A stretch of DNA of 64,000 nt from Candidatus Methanoperedens sp. (GCA_035562735.1 DATMWB010000003.1:44232-108231); one strand, 5' to 3'. Positions 37,061-45,661 are shown, counted from the stretch's first letter. Program-made: numbers and translations. Notes: generated by a model not told the origin, from the letters alone.

Positions 37061-37621
37061 ATGATGAAATTTACCCCACTCTCCATTCCTGGACTAGTTC
37101 TTGTTGAACCTCAAGTATTTGGTGATGAAAGAGGTTTTTTTATGGAAACTTACAGTAAAAAAGAGTTTGCTGAAGCTGGTATAAATGTTGATTTTGTTCA
37201 AGACAACCACTCCCGATCTACCCAAGGGGTGCTCCGCGGACTTCATTTTCAAAAACCACCTTTTGCCCAAGCAAAACTTGTTAGAGTTACTCAAGGTGAA
37301 GTTTTGGATGTGGCTGTTGATATTCGACCCGATTCTCCGACCTTTGGTAAATGGGATTCAGCGCATCTTACCGCTGAAAACAAAAAAATGTTTTATCTTC
37401 CCGAAGGTTTTGCACATGGATTTTATGTCTTAACCGAAACAGCCGATTTCCAATACAAGTGTACCAACTTCTACAATAAGGAATCTGAAGGCGGTCTACT
37501 TTGGAATGACCCTGATATCAATATTGCTTGGATGGCTCCAAGTCCCACTCTTTCCGACAAAGATAAAAACTGGCCAAATCTAAAAGATATTGAAGCCGAG
37601 CTTAAAACCCTCAAGTGGTAA
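37061..37621 (+). CDS. rfbC: dTDP-4-dehydrorhamnose 3,5-epimerase
   Basis: Cupin RmlC motifs (…RGFFMETY…, …RGLHFQ…). Confidence 0.88.
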   Translation: MMKFTPLSIPGLVLVEPQVFGDERGFFMETYSKKEFAEAGINVDFVQDNHSRSTQGVLRGLHFQKPPFAQAKLVRVTQGEVLDVAVDIRPDSPTFGKWDSAHLTAENKKMFYLPEGFAHGFYVLTETADFQYKCTNFYNKESEGGLLWNDPDINIAWMAPSPTLSDKDKNWPNLKDIEAELKTLKW

Positions 37622-37684
37622 CAATAAATTTAACATTAAAAAATCTTATACTTTTTAATGAATTTTCAATAAACAACTTTTTGT

Positions 37685-37716
37685 CCCCCTTATTAAGGGG
37701 GATTAAGGGGGTTTAA
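37685..37716 (+). terminator. G/C hairpin (CCCCCTTA…TAAGGGGG), a duplicated GGGGG arm and then TTT after rfbC
   Basis: CCCCCTTATTAAGGGGGATTAAGGGGGTTT. Confidence 0.3.
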
Positions 37717-37739
37717 ATTATTAATTTAAAAATTTTTTT

Positions 37740-38624
37740 ATGAAAATTATTGGCACAGGTCTCACCGGTTTGGTTGGTTCAAGAATCATTGAGCTTAATC
37801 CAGATGTTGAATTCATCAATATTTCTATTGAAACTGGGATCAGTATCCTTGATCCTATTCAGCTAGAAAAAGTGTTTACCGACAATCCTGACGCAGATGC
37901 GGTTTTACATCTGGCTGCCTTTACTGACACCAACGGTGCCTGGGAGCAAAACGGTGATAAAAATGGTCTATGTTATCAGCTCAATGTCACCGGAACTCAA
38001 AATATTGTTGATTTGTGTAAAAAATACGATAAATATTTAATTCATATTTCCACCGACTTTGTTTTTGATGGAAAAAAAGTTGGAAAATATACCGAAGATG
38101 ACCTTCCAAATCCTATCGAATGGTACGGTCAAACCAAATATTTTTCTGAAAAAGTTGTCCTAGATTCAGGCATTTTATCCTCTATTGTTAGACTGGCTTT
38201 TCCTTACCGAGCCAATTTTGAACCCAAAAAAGATATCATCCGCAAAATTATTGATGGTTTCAAAGCTGGTAAGCTCTATCCCCAATGGACCGACCATTTT
38301 ACCAGTCCAGTCTTTATTGACGATATAGCCAATGCCCTAAAAGTATTTTTTGAAAAAAAACCTATCGGAATCTATCACTTAGTTGGTTCCTCTTCGCAGT
38401 CACCTTTTGAAATGTGTCAATTCATCGCAGAAGTTTTTGGATTTGATAAAAGTATAGTTCAAGCCAGCACCTTGGCAGATTATGTCAAATCATTACCCGA
38501 AGGTTCACGCCCATGGCAATACAATTTATCCTTAAGTAACGAAAAAATAAAATCTCTCGGTATTCAAATCAAAACCTTAAAAGAAGGTCTTGAAGAGATG
38601 AAAAGACAGACGGAAAACACTTGA
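37740..38624 (+). CDS. rfbD: dTDP-4-dehydrorhamnose reductase-like NAD(P)-dependent epimerase/dehydratase
   Basis: It has a Rossmann N-terminus (GTGLTGLVGS) and the YGQTKYFSE catalytic motif typical of RmlD. Confidence 0.65.
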   Translation: MKIIGTGLTGLVGSRIIELNPDVEFINISIETGISILDPIQLEKVFTDNPDADAVLHLAAFTDTNGAWEQNGDKNGLCYQLNVTGTQNIVDLCKKYDKYLIHISTDFVFDGKKVGKYTEDDLPNPIEWYGQTKYFSEKVVLDSGILSSIVRLAFPYRANFEPKKDIIRKIIDGFKAGKLYPQWTDHFTSPVFIDDIANALKVFFEKKPIGIYHLVGSSSQSPFEMCQFIAEVFGFDKSIVQASTLADYVKSLPEGSRPWQYNLSLSNEKIKSLGIQIKTLKEGLEEMKRQTENT

Positions 38625-38647
38625 TGGTTTAGTTGTTACAATTAGAT

Positions 38648-39742
38648 ATGGATAGAGAACCTCCAGCTTCTGTATTTTCTAATGCAAACAAACTGTCTGC
38701 ATTTCCAAAACAAGTCGAATCAGTTTTAAGAGGTGAAACTATTGCTCCAATCACCCTTGAAATTCAACCTAGCTCCGGTTGTAATCACGCCTGTCCCAAA
38801 TGTTCCGGAAAATTAAATAAAGATTCTCCTTATTATGCCGAAATAAGAAAACAATTTACATTTATAAACCCCGATGTGGTTAAGGGAATTGTCGATTCTC
38901 CAAGAGCTCCATTAGGTGTAGTTTTTGCTGGTGATACAGGTGACCCTCTTCTTCATCCCCAGATTGAGTCACTTATAGACATTGTCAGCGATAAAAACAT
39001 TTCTATCTCAGTGATTACTAATGGCCAGGCATTAAATCAGAGTATTTCCCAAAAAATTGTGCAAAGATGTCAGGGTGTAAGGGTCTCATTAGATGCTTTC
39101 GACGCAAAGTCACACCAATTGACACATGGTAGCAATGGTGAACAATGGGAAAGTTTATTAGAAAACATTAGAGAGCTTGTCAGTCTACGGGATAATTCTC
39201 CGAAAAAAAAAGAATGTTTAATTGGTATTGGTTATTTGACCGCAAAACACACACTCGGTGGAATCATTGAGGCTACAAAACTTGCAAAAGATCTTGGAGT
39301 AGATTATATCCATTTTCGCCCATTTTTTTATTCTAATGATGAAATTAGTCAGGAAATTATCGAAAGTTGTAAAGCTTTAGAAGATGAAAATTTCTCTGTA
39401 ATATTTCCCGGCGCCAAATATCAAAATTCAAAAGATAGAAACTATCCAACGTGTAAGGCTGCAAATTTTGTAACAGTTATAAATCCTAAAGGAGAAGCAT
39501 ATATTTGTTGTCATCACATAGGACAAGAAAATGCCAAAATTGATACCATTGGAACAAATCCAGAAGATTGGGATAAATTTGTTATAAGTGATAAAAGACG
39601 CGATCTAATCCAAAAATTTAATTTAACCGAATGTCCGCCATTTTGTCGTCTTCATAGTCATAATCAAACTTTATCCAAAGGAGTTTCCGTAGATTTATTA
39701 AACCAGCCTGTATCCGCCAGTCACCACGCCAAGTTTTTATAA
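38648..39742 (+). CDS. Radical SAM domain protein (possible sugar-modifying enzyme)
   Basis: It has a CxxxCxxC (SSGCNHACPKCSG) and additional C-terminal cysteines (CCHH…CPPFC). The first ATG is at 38648, while the track ORF begins at TTG 38633. Confidence 0.65.
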   Translation: MDREPPASVFSNANKLSAFPKQVESVLRGETIAPITLEIQPSSGCNHACPKCSGKLNKDSPYYAEIRKQFTFINPDVVKGIVDSPRAPLGVVFAGDTGDPLLHPQIESLIDIVSDKNISISVITNGQALNQSISQKIVQRCQGVRVSLDAFDAKSHQLTHGSNGEQWESLLENIRELVSLRDNSPKKKECLIGIGYLTAKHTLGGIIEATKLAKDLGVDYIHFRPFFYSNDEISQEIIESCKALEDENFSVIFPGAKYQNSKDRNYPTCKAANFVTVINPKGEAYICCHHIGQENAKIDTIGTNPEDWDKFVISDKRRDLIQKFNLTECPPFCRLHSHNQTLSKGVSVDLLNQPVSASHHAKFL

Positions 39743-39777
39743 TTATTTCTATTTTTCCCAGCCTTCCATTAAAAGTG

Positions 39778-39806
39778 TTGTTTTTTGCACAATTATAGGA
39801 TATAAT
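39778..39806 (+). promoter_or_regulatory. Candidate promoter TTGTTT-17-TATAAT upstream of the G+C-rich orphan gene
   Basis: A -35-like box at 39778-83 and a perfect TATAAT at 39801-06. An SD (AAGGAGAG, 39846-53) precedes ATG 39858. Confidence 0.4.
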
Positions 39807-39857
39807 ACCAATGCTTGTTTTAGCGTCGCATCTCATTTCCTAAATAAGGAGAGCTTG

Positions 39858-40535
39858 ATGAGCGACAATCGTTCTTTGACAATCGAAGGTGGGTCGACCG
39901 TGACCATCAGTTTCAAGACTGATCCCGCCAATGATTGGCAGCTAACGCTGCAAAACGTTCGGGAAGAGGAAGGCGGAATTTTCGCCGACAATTTTCTTCT
40001 TGCCCGGAAAAACGGTCAACATTTCTTTGCCAAACTCGTAAAAGTTTTGGGGATCAAAGCCGACGGATCAGAATTTCCGTACTGGCTTCCCAGGATTTTT
40101 GACATCGGGAATGGCTACAAATGTGGAGATGTCGTAATTCAGTTTCGCAAACACCCCCAGTCGAAACGCTGGATGGTTGATGTGGAATCAGAATACGGCA
40201 GCAAGTCTCCCGATCTCCTAGAAAAGGTTATCCGAATCAGTCGTTCTTCGCTTGACAATATCAAGCAGGCTGTTAAGAAAACCGTCAAGGAAACCGGACA
40301 AGACTGGCTCAACTCTCAGCGTATTGGTGGAGACAAAGTTTCCATGCATTGCGTTGACGCAGGTTGGTCACCACAGCTTTTTGCTCAGGGCAAGGTAATG
40401 GATGTTTTCGACTTCGTTGCAAATTCCCATGATGGTCCCGGGAAAATCGCACTAGTTGAAGCACTTCAACACCTTCCCACCCCCATCGCCAAGCAAGTCG
40501 CGATGTGTATCATTGTTCCTCCAACCGAGGAATAA
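39858..40535 (+). CDS. Hypothetical protein, G+C-rich orphan gene
   Basis: A 226-aa ORF with a strong SD and markedly higher G+C than its neighbours. No recognisable domain. Confidence 0.5.
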   Translation: MSDNRSLTIEGGSTVTISFKTDPANDWQLTLQNVREEEGGIFADNFLLARKNGQHFFAKLVKVLGIKADGSEFPYWLPRIFDIGNGYKCGDVVIQFRKHPQSKRWMVDVESEYGSKSPDLLEKVIRISRSSLDNIKQAVKKTVKETGQDWLNSQRIGGDKVSMHCVDAGWSPQLFAQGKVMDVFDFVANSHDGPGKIALVEALQHLPTPIAKQVAMCIIVPPTEE

Positions 40536-40631
40536 AAAACTAGCCAGATGCTAGAACAAGCATGCCGACACCCCATGTGTTGACGTTTTAAGCTGACGTC
40601 TCCTACGTTCGGTCGAAGCACAATTTTTTAT

Positions 40632-40689
40632 GTGTCCTCTTCTCTGATTTCAGACTTCGGTCTGTTTAAAAAATCAGGGAAGGGGACAC
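40632..40689. promoter_or_regulatory. Nested hairpin with a 19-bp outer stem (2 G·U if RNA) enclosing a 5-bp stem with a UUCG tetraloop
   Basis: GTGTCCTCTTCTCTGATTT-[CAGAC-TTCG-GTCTG]-tttaaaa-AAATCAGGGAAGGGGACAC. No U-run follows in either orientation, so it is not a canonical terminator. Confidence 0.5.
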
Positions 40690-40698
40690 AGTTATATT

Positions 40699-41934
40699 TC
40701 AAATTCTCTTCCCCACTCTCTCTCCCTCTCTCACAGCATAATTAATACCCCTGTCTTCCGGATATATTTGTGCAAAGTTAACATGAATAACTTTATTTTC
40801 TACATTAGTTTTTCTCTCCGTCTTGTCATTATAATTTTTGGTAACTATATGTTGTGCATATTTAAATCTAAAAACATGTTTTTCAATAAGTCCTTTTTCA
40901 CTAAATTCAGGAAAAATTTTCTTTAAATAGTCAAAAAAATCTTTTTCAATTAAAGAGTCTTTGCATGTAAAATATTTGTGATTTTGGGGCAAATAAGTCC
41001 CCATATAATAAATATTTTTTCCGCCATAATTCTCTGTCCCCATTAGGTTTGTATGTTGAATAAAGGCCAAAAAAGGGGAGTTGATATCATTGATATTATG
41101 CCAATAATAAGGACTTAAACTCTGTTTTGAAGAAAAAACCATCGTCACCGCTCCCAAATAATCAATACCATCTAATGGCGCCGAGCTAATAATTCTATCG
41201 AATCCGTCATCGCGAGTGTAATCACGAAGCAATCTTTCTGGATTGGTCTCAATATTCGTCTTTATCTCTCCTCCCAACTCTTTTATTCTTTTTTCCAATT
41301 CATCAATAATTATTTGAAATCCTCCTTCCATATAACCTAGATACTCTTTCCCCCTTTCACTCGAATTACCTCTTGTATGAATTCTTGCCCACATCCATGC
41401 CATTGAAATATCTTGATATCTATCGTTAAATTTACCTTTTAATAGTGGCTCCCAGACTACTTTATAAGCATTTTCCCCACACCATTTTCTCATCCACTCA
41501 TAAGCCAAAACATCTTCAAATTTCTTCCAATTCTTTTCTCTTTCTAGATAGATTTTAACTAGTCCCAATCTCAACTTATCAAATAAATTTAGAGGTTTAA
41601 ATTTTAATAAATCTATTACCCCTGCAAACGGATATATAGTTCCACTGTAATATAGAGCAGTTTTACTCTCAAACCATTTTAACTTATTTTCCAAACCCAA
41701 CTCCTTGATCAAAGCAATTATTTCTTTGTCAGTTTTAAAAATGTGATGATAAGCTTTCTCTAAATTCGTCCCTTCAATTTTAAATCCCCCCAACAATCCA
41801 CCCAAACTATCACTTCTCTCAAAAATTATTACCTTATGACCCTTTTGAAGCATTCTGTATCCCACCACCAAACCTGTTATTCCTCCGCCGATTATTGCAA
41901 TTTTTTGTTTTTTCACTTCCAAATTATATCTCAA
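40699..41934 (-). CDS. FAD-dependent oxidoreductase (amine-oxidase / UDP-galactopyranose-mutase-like Rossmann family)
   Basis: It has the dinucleotide-binding motif IAIIGGGITGLVVG…E…GGL at the N-terminus and is about 410 aa. It sits in a sugar-nucleotide context. Confidence 0.6.
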   Translation of the reverse strand: MRYNLEVKKQKIAIIGGGITGLVVGYRMLQKGHKVIIFERSDSLGGLLGGFKIEGTNLEKAYHHIFKTDKEIIALIKELGLENKLKWFESKTALYYSGTIYPFAGVIDLLKFKPLNLFDKLRLGLVKIYLEREKNWKKFEDVLAYEWMRKWCGENAYKVVWEPLLKGKFNDRYQDISMAWMWARIHTRGNSSERGKEYLGYMEGGFQIIIDELEKRIKELGGEIKTNIETNPERLLRDYTRDDGFDRIISSAPLDGIDYLGAVTMVFSSKQSLSPYYWHNINDINSPFLAFIQHTNLMGTENYGGKNIYYMGTYLPQNHKYFTCKDSLIEKDFFDYLKKIFPEFSEKGLIEKHVFRFKYAQHIVTKNYNDKTERKTNVENKVIHVNFAQIYPEDRGINYAVREGERVGKRI

Positions 41935-41949
41935 TCAGCTTATAACGGG

Positions 41950-41958
41950 TGTTAGAAT
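41950..41958 (+). promoter_or_regulatory. Extended -10 TGtTAGAAT 7 nt upstream of ATG 41966 (leaderless geometry)
   Basis: TG-n-TAGAAT with the ATG at 41966 and no SD. Confidence 0.35.
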
Positions 41959-41965
41959 TAAAAAT

Positions 41966-42214
41966 ATGGAAAATAAACAAAATAAAAAGAATTTTTTAGC
42001 CTTGGGTCGAACTCATATGGCTAATGAAAGAACTATGTTATCTTATTGGCGCACCGCTCTAACATTTTTAGTTCTTGGCGCCTATCTAATCAGACAAACT
42101 CCCGCCGAAGAATTTATATTACCCGCCACAATTGCTATTTTATTTGGTGTTGTACTCTTTATTTTTGGAACAGTTAAGTTCTATCAATTTAAAAAAATTA
42201 TCAACAACAGTTAG
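41966..42214 (+). CDS. DUF202/YidH-family small membrane protein
   Basis: It has the ANERTMLSYWRTALTFLVLG signature and two TM helices. Confidence 0.55.
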   Translation: MENKQNKKNFLALGRTHMANERTMLSYWRTALTFLVLGAYLIRQTPAEEFILPATIAILFGVVLFIFGTVKFYQFKKIINNS

Positions 42215-42264
42215 CTTTGGAAAATCCTACCCAAACAAGATTTTTCGTGATATCATAATCAAGT

Positions 42265-42300
42265 CAAAAAAAGCGGGTGTCTTGCCCGTTTTTATTTTTT
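42265..42300. terminator. A-run / GCGGG…CCCG hairpin / T-run (bidirectional-type)
   Basis: AAAAAAGCGGGTGTCTTGCCCGTTTTTATTTTTT. Confidence 0.45.
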
Positions 42301-42316
42301 TACTATTTATCTATTA
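42296..42316 (+). promoter_or_regulatory. Second copy of the 21-bp motif TTTTTTACTATTTATCTATTA, upstream of fusA
   Basis: Identical to 5759-5779. Confidence 0.35.
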
Positions 42317-42341
42317 GTCTATTCAACTAATTATCTAAAAA

Positions 42342-44453
42342 ATGGCCGACGCAATTCAAGTCACTAAAAACCGTGTAGTTACCATGGATAAAGTCCGAAA
42401 CATCGGTATTATCGCTCATATCGATGGTGGAAAAACTACCACCACTGAACGTCTTCTTTTTTATACTGGAAAAATTCACAAAATTGGTTCTGTTGATGAA
42501 GGTACTACCACAACTGATTCAATGGTCCAAGAAAAGGAGAGGGGAATTACCATCCAATCCGCCTGTATTACCACCTTTTTTAAGAATTATCGTATCAATA
42601 TTATTGATACTCCAGGGCATGTTGATTTTACCGCTGAAGTTGAACGTTCACTTCGTGTCTTAGATGGTGCCATCATGATTTTTGACGGAAATGCCGGTGT
42701 TCAAGCCCAATCTGAAACTGTGTGGCGACAAGCCGACAAGTATCAAGTTCCTCGCCTCGCCTTTGTCAACAAAATGGACAAGGTTGGAGCATCCTTCCAA
42801 GGAACTCTTGATTCTATTACTCAAAAATTACGTTGTCCTATCGTTCCAGTTGTCTTACCTATTGGTGAAGAGCATGACTTTATGGGTGTTATTGATCTCA
42901 TGGAAATGAAGATGATTGTTTATGATAAGGATGAAGAAGGTATGGAATTTACCACCAAAGATGTTACTCCAGAATTTATAGAAGCTGCCACCAAAGCCCG
43001 CGCTGCCATGGTCGAAAAAATTGCCGGTGAAGACGAAACGCTCATGGAAAAATTCCTCAATGATGAGGAGATTTCGGTTCCAGAGCTTAAAGCTGTCCTA
43101 AGAAAAGCCACTATTGATAGAAAATTATTCCCCGTCTTTTGTGGTGCTGCTTGGAGAAACAAGGGTATTCATCCTATTCTAGACGCTATCGTTGACTACT
43201 TACCTTCTCCAATTGATTTACCTCCAACAATAGGATTTGACGTTACTACTGGCGATAAAATTTCTCGTAAACCAGAAAACAAAGAACCTTTTTCCGGACT
43301 TTTATTTAAAGTTCAATCAGATCCACATGTTGGTACCTTGTCCTATGTCCGTATTTACTCAGGTTCCATAAAAACTGGTCAAGAAGTTTACAATGCTACC
43401 AAGCAAAAAAGCGAAAGAATCGGTCGTTTACTCCTAATGCACGCTGATAAGCGTGAAGGTATAGAAGAAGGTTATGCAGGTGAAATTATTGCCTGTATTG
43501 GTTTAAAAGAATCAATAACTGGAGACACCTTGTGCGATAAATCAGCCCCAATCTCTCTTTCTCCAATCCAGTTTTCCGAACCGGTTATTTCCCTTTCTAT
43601 TGAGCCAGAAACTGCCGATGATCAGGAAAAAATGGGCGCAGCCCTCAATCGTTTAACCTCAGAAGATCCCACCTTTAGAGTTTCATACAACCATGAAACT
43701 GGCCAAACAATTATTGCTGGTATGGGTGAACTATACCTCGAAATTATTGTTGATCGTTTAAAGCGCGAATTTGGAGTTGCCGTTAAAACAGGCGCCCCAC
43801 AGGTTGCTTATCGTGAAACAATTTCTCAAAATGCCGAAGGTGAAGGTAAATATATCCACCAATCCGGTGGTCATGGTCAGTATGGTCATTGTAAAGTCCG
43901 TGTTGAACCCAAGAATCGCGGTGAAGGTATTGAGTTTGTCAATGCTATCAAGGGTGGTGTTATTCCTGCCAACTTTATTCCCGCTATTGAAAAAGGTGTT
44001 CGTGAAACTCTCCAAAAAGGTATTATTGCTGGTTACCCATGTACTGACATTAAAGTTTCAGTTTACGACGGTTCTTACCACGAAGTTGATTCTTCAGAAA
44101 TGTCATTCAAATTGGCCGGTGCTTACGCCATCAAAGATGCTTTTGGACTAGCTAGACCTCTCATCCTCGAACCTATCATGAAGTTTGAAGTTGCTACTCC
44201 TTCCGAATTTTTAGGAACAGTAATTGGTGACCTTTCTTCCAGACGCGGTCAAATTGCTGGTACCACTGAGGCTTTTGGTTTTAGTACCATCGAAGCCACC
44301 ATTCCTCTAGAGGCTGTTCGTGGTTACGCCACCGTTATCCGCTCTCTAACTCAAGGACGCGGTTCATTCTATATGGAACCAAGCCACTACGACCCAGTTC
44401 CTCGTGATATTCAGGAAAAACTAACCATCAAGACTACTGATAAAAAAGAATAA
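42342..44453 (+). CDS. fusA: Elongation factor G
   Basis: It has G-domain motifs (AHIDGGKTT, DTPGH, NKMD) and all five EF-G domains. Confidence 0.95.
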   Translation: MADAIQVTKNRVVTMDKVRNIGIIAHIDGGKTTTTERLLFYTGKIHKIGSVDEGTTTTDSMVQEKERGITIQSACITTFFKNYRINIIDTPGHVDFTAEVERSLRVLDGAIMIFDGNAGVQAQSETVWRQADKYQVPRLAFVNKMDKVGASFQGTLDSITQKLRCPIVPVVLPIGEEHDFMGVIDLMEMKMIVYDKDEEGMEFTTKDVTPEFIEAATKARAAMVEKIAGEDETLMEKFLNDEEISVPELKAVLRKATIDRKLFPVFCGAAWRNKGIHPILDAIVDYLPSPIDLPPTIGFDVTTGDKISRKPENKEPFSGLLFKVQSDPHVGTLSYVRIYSGSIKTGQEVYNATKQKSERIGRLLLMHADKREGIEEGYAGEIIACIGLKESITGDTLCDKSAPISLSPIQFSEPVISLSIEPETADDQEKMGAALNRLTSEDPTFRVSYNHETGQTIIAGMGELYLEIIVDRLKREFGVAVKTGAPQVAYRETISQNAEGEGKYIHQSGGHGQYGHCKVRVEPKNRGEGIEFVNAIKGGVIPANFIPAIEKGVRETLQKGIIAGYPCTDIKVSVYDGSYHEVDSSEMSFKLAGAYAIKDAFGLARPLILEPIMKFEVATPSEFLGTVIGDLSSRRGQIAGTTEAFGFSTIEATIPLEAVRGYATVIRSLTQGRGSFYMEPSHYDPVPRDIQEKLTIKTTDKKE

Positions 44454-44495
44454 AGTTTATCGCGAGCAAATCGAATGGTTATTGCATTCAATAAC

Positions 44496-44524
44496 TCGTC
44501 ATTGCGAGCGAAGCGAAGCAATCT
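44496..44524 (+). repeat. Interspersed repeat copy D (between the fusA stop and a terminator)
   Basis: TCGTCATTGCGAGCGAAGCGAAGCAATCT. Confidence 0.7.
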
Positions 44525-44534
44525 ATAAAAATCT

Positions 44535-44558
44535 AAACCCGCCGAAGAGGCGGGTTTT
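44535..44558 (+). terminator. Rho-independent terminator after fusA
   Basis: AAACCCGCC-gaaga-GGCGGGTTTT. Confidence 0.75.
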
Positions 44559-44560
44559 CA

Positions 44561-44589
44561 TTGACAACCTATAAAATTTGTAATAGATT
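44561..44589 (+). promoter_or_regulatory. Candidate promoter TTGACA-17-TAGATT for the orphan gene between fusA and tuf
   Basis: A perfect -35 TTGACA lies immediately after the terminator, with a 17-nt spacer and a TAGATT -10. Confidence 0.35.
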
Positions 44590-44622
44590 TATGTCAGTTA
44601 ATATTTAAAATTACAAAAAAAT

Positions 44623-45618
44623 ATGCCAGGATTTTTCGATAGATTAAAACCCCAACCAAAAAATATAGCTCCAGCTTCCGAACCAGTTATTTCCACCCCA
44701 GTTGAAGTTACAAAACCTGTTGAAGTAACTCCTCCAGTAGAACCAGATTTCAAAAACAGTCAAATAGGTACTCCATTTGAAACCCCTATTGCCTTTGCTC
44801 AAAGATATTATGAAGCTGTGAAGACAACTGGTGAATTAACTCCAGAAATGCAAACAAAAATGGCCGCCTTTACCGAAGTATCAGGTATTCTGGCTGACGG
44901 TTGGCGATCAGAACAGGAAGAAAATGCTACTCTCGAAAAATCAAAAAGACCATCAGAAAAATTAAAAGATGCTCTAAAGGCTGGTATAAGACCAAATGGT
45001 TCATATTCGGTTGATACTGCAGGAAGAGAAATCGATTGGGCTTTCCAGACTATTGTTGGTGGCGCTGAAACCAAGCTAAGTCAGGAAAAAATAGTCTCTG
45101 ACAAATCTCCAGAAGATATTGTCGCCGATTTATTTAACAGCGGTGGTCTTATCAGAAGAATCGATATGGGTAATCTAATGAGAGGTTATGCAGGAGCTTT
45201 AGAGGAACAATCTCGCGATGGTGGTTTTTTAAGGACAGAACAAATTGCTATGTGGAAATCACTTGGTGTCATTCCAGCTGAAGCTCCGAATGGTGGATCT
45301 TTTCCACTAGGTCAGGAAAATGCCTATCTAATTAGACTCTTAAAAAGAGATGGACAGACAACCGAGACGGAAGTTAAAACTGAAGATGGTCAAGCCCTAA
45401 TAGAATACAAAAGACCAACTAAAGTTGAAGGAGTCTCCGCTGTCATTAGTATAAGAAAAGATTTACTAGATAGTCATCAAAGAGTCTCGAATCCAGACGG
45501 CTACCAAATGGTAAATGGATTTCGCCTCGAATTAAGCCCCGAATTTTATACAGGGACATTAGGTATTAAACCTACGGAGGGGGTATCTGTGACACCAACA
45601 GAAAAACCAACCGAGTAA
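44623..45618 (+). CDS. Hypothetical protein inserted between fusA and tuf
   Basis: A 331-aa ORF bounded by terminators on both sides. Its N-terminus is Pro/Val/Glu-rich, and no domain is recognised. Confidence 0.5.
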   Translation: MPGFFDRLKPQPKNIAPASEPVISTPVEVTKPVEVTPPVEPDFKNSQIGTPFETPIAFAQRYYEAVKTTGELTPEMQTKMAAFTEVSGILADGWRSEQEENATLEKSKRPSEKLKDALKAGIRPNGSYSVDTAGREIDWAFQTIVGGAETKLSQEKIVSDKSPEDIVADLFNSGGLIRRIDMGNLMRGYAGALEEQSRDGGFLRTEQIAMWKSLGVIPAEAPNGGSFPLGQENAYLIRLLKRDGQTTETEVKTEDGQALIEYKRPTKVEGVSAVISIRKDLLDSHQRVSNPDGYQMVNGFRLELSPEFYTGTLGIKPTEGVSVTPTEKPTE

Positions 45619-45637
45619 AATCTCTATCTTTAACTCT

Positions 45638-45661
45638 AACCCCGCCATTCGGCGGGGTTTT
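45638..45661 (+). terminator. Rho-independent terminator
   Basis: AACCCCGCC-attc-GGCGGGGTTTT. Confidence 0.75.

Noticed and set aside
40632-40689. Integron attC-like site after the G+C-rich cassette gene
   Set aside because: The imperfect palindrome has the right size, but the flanks lack the RYYYAAC / GTTRRRY core sites.
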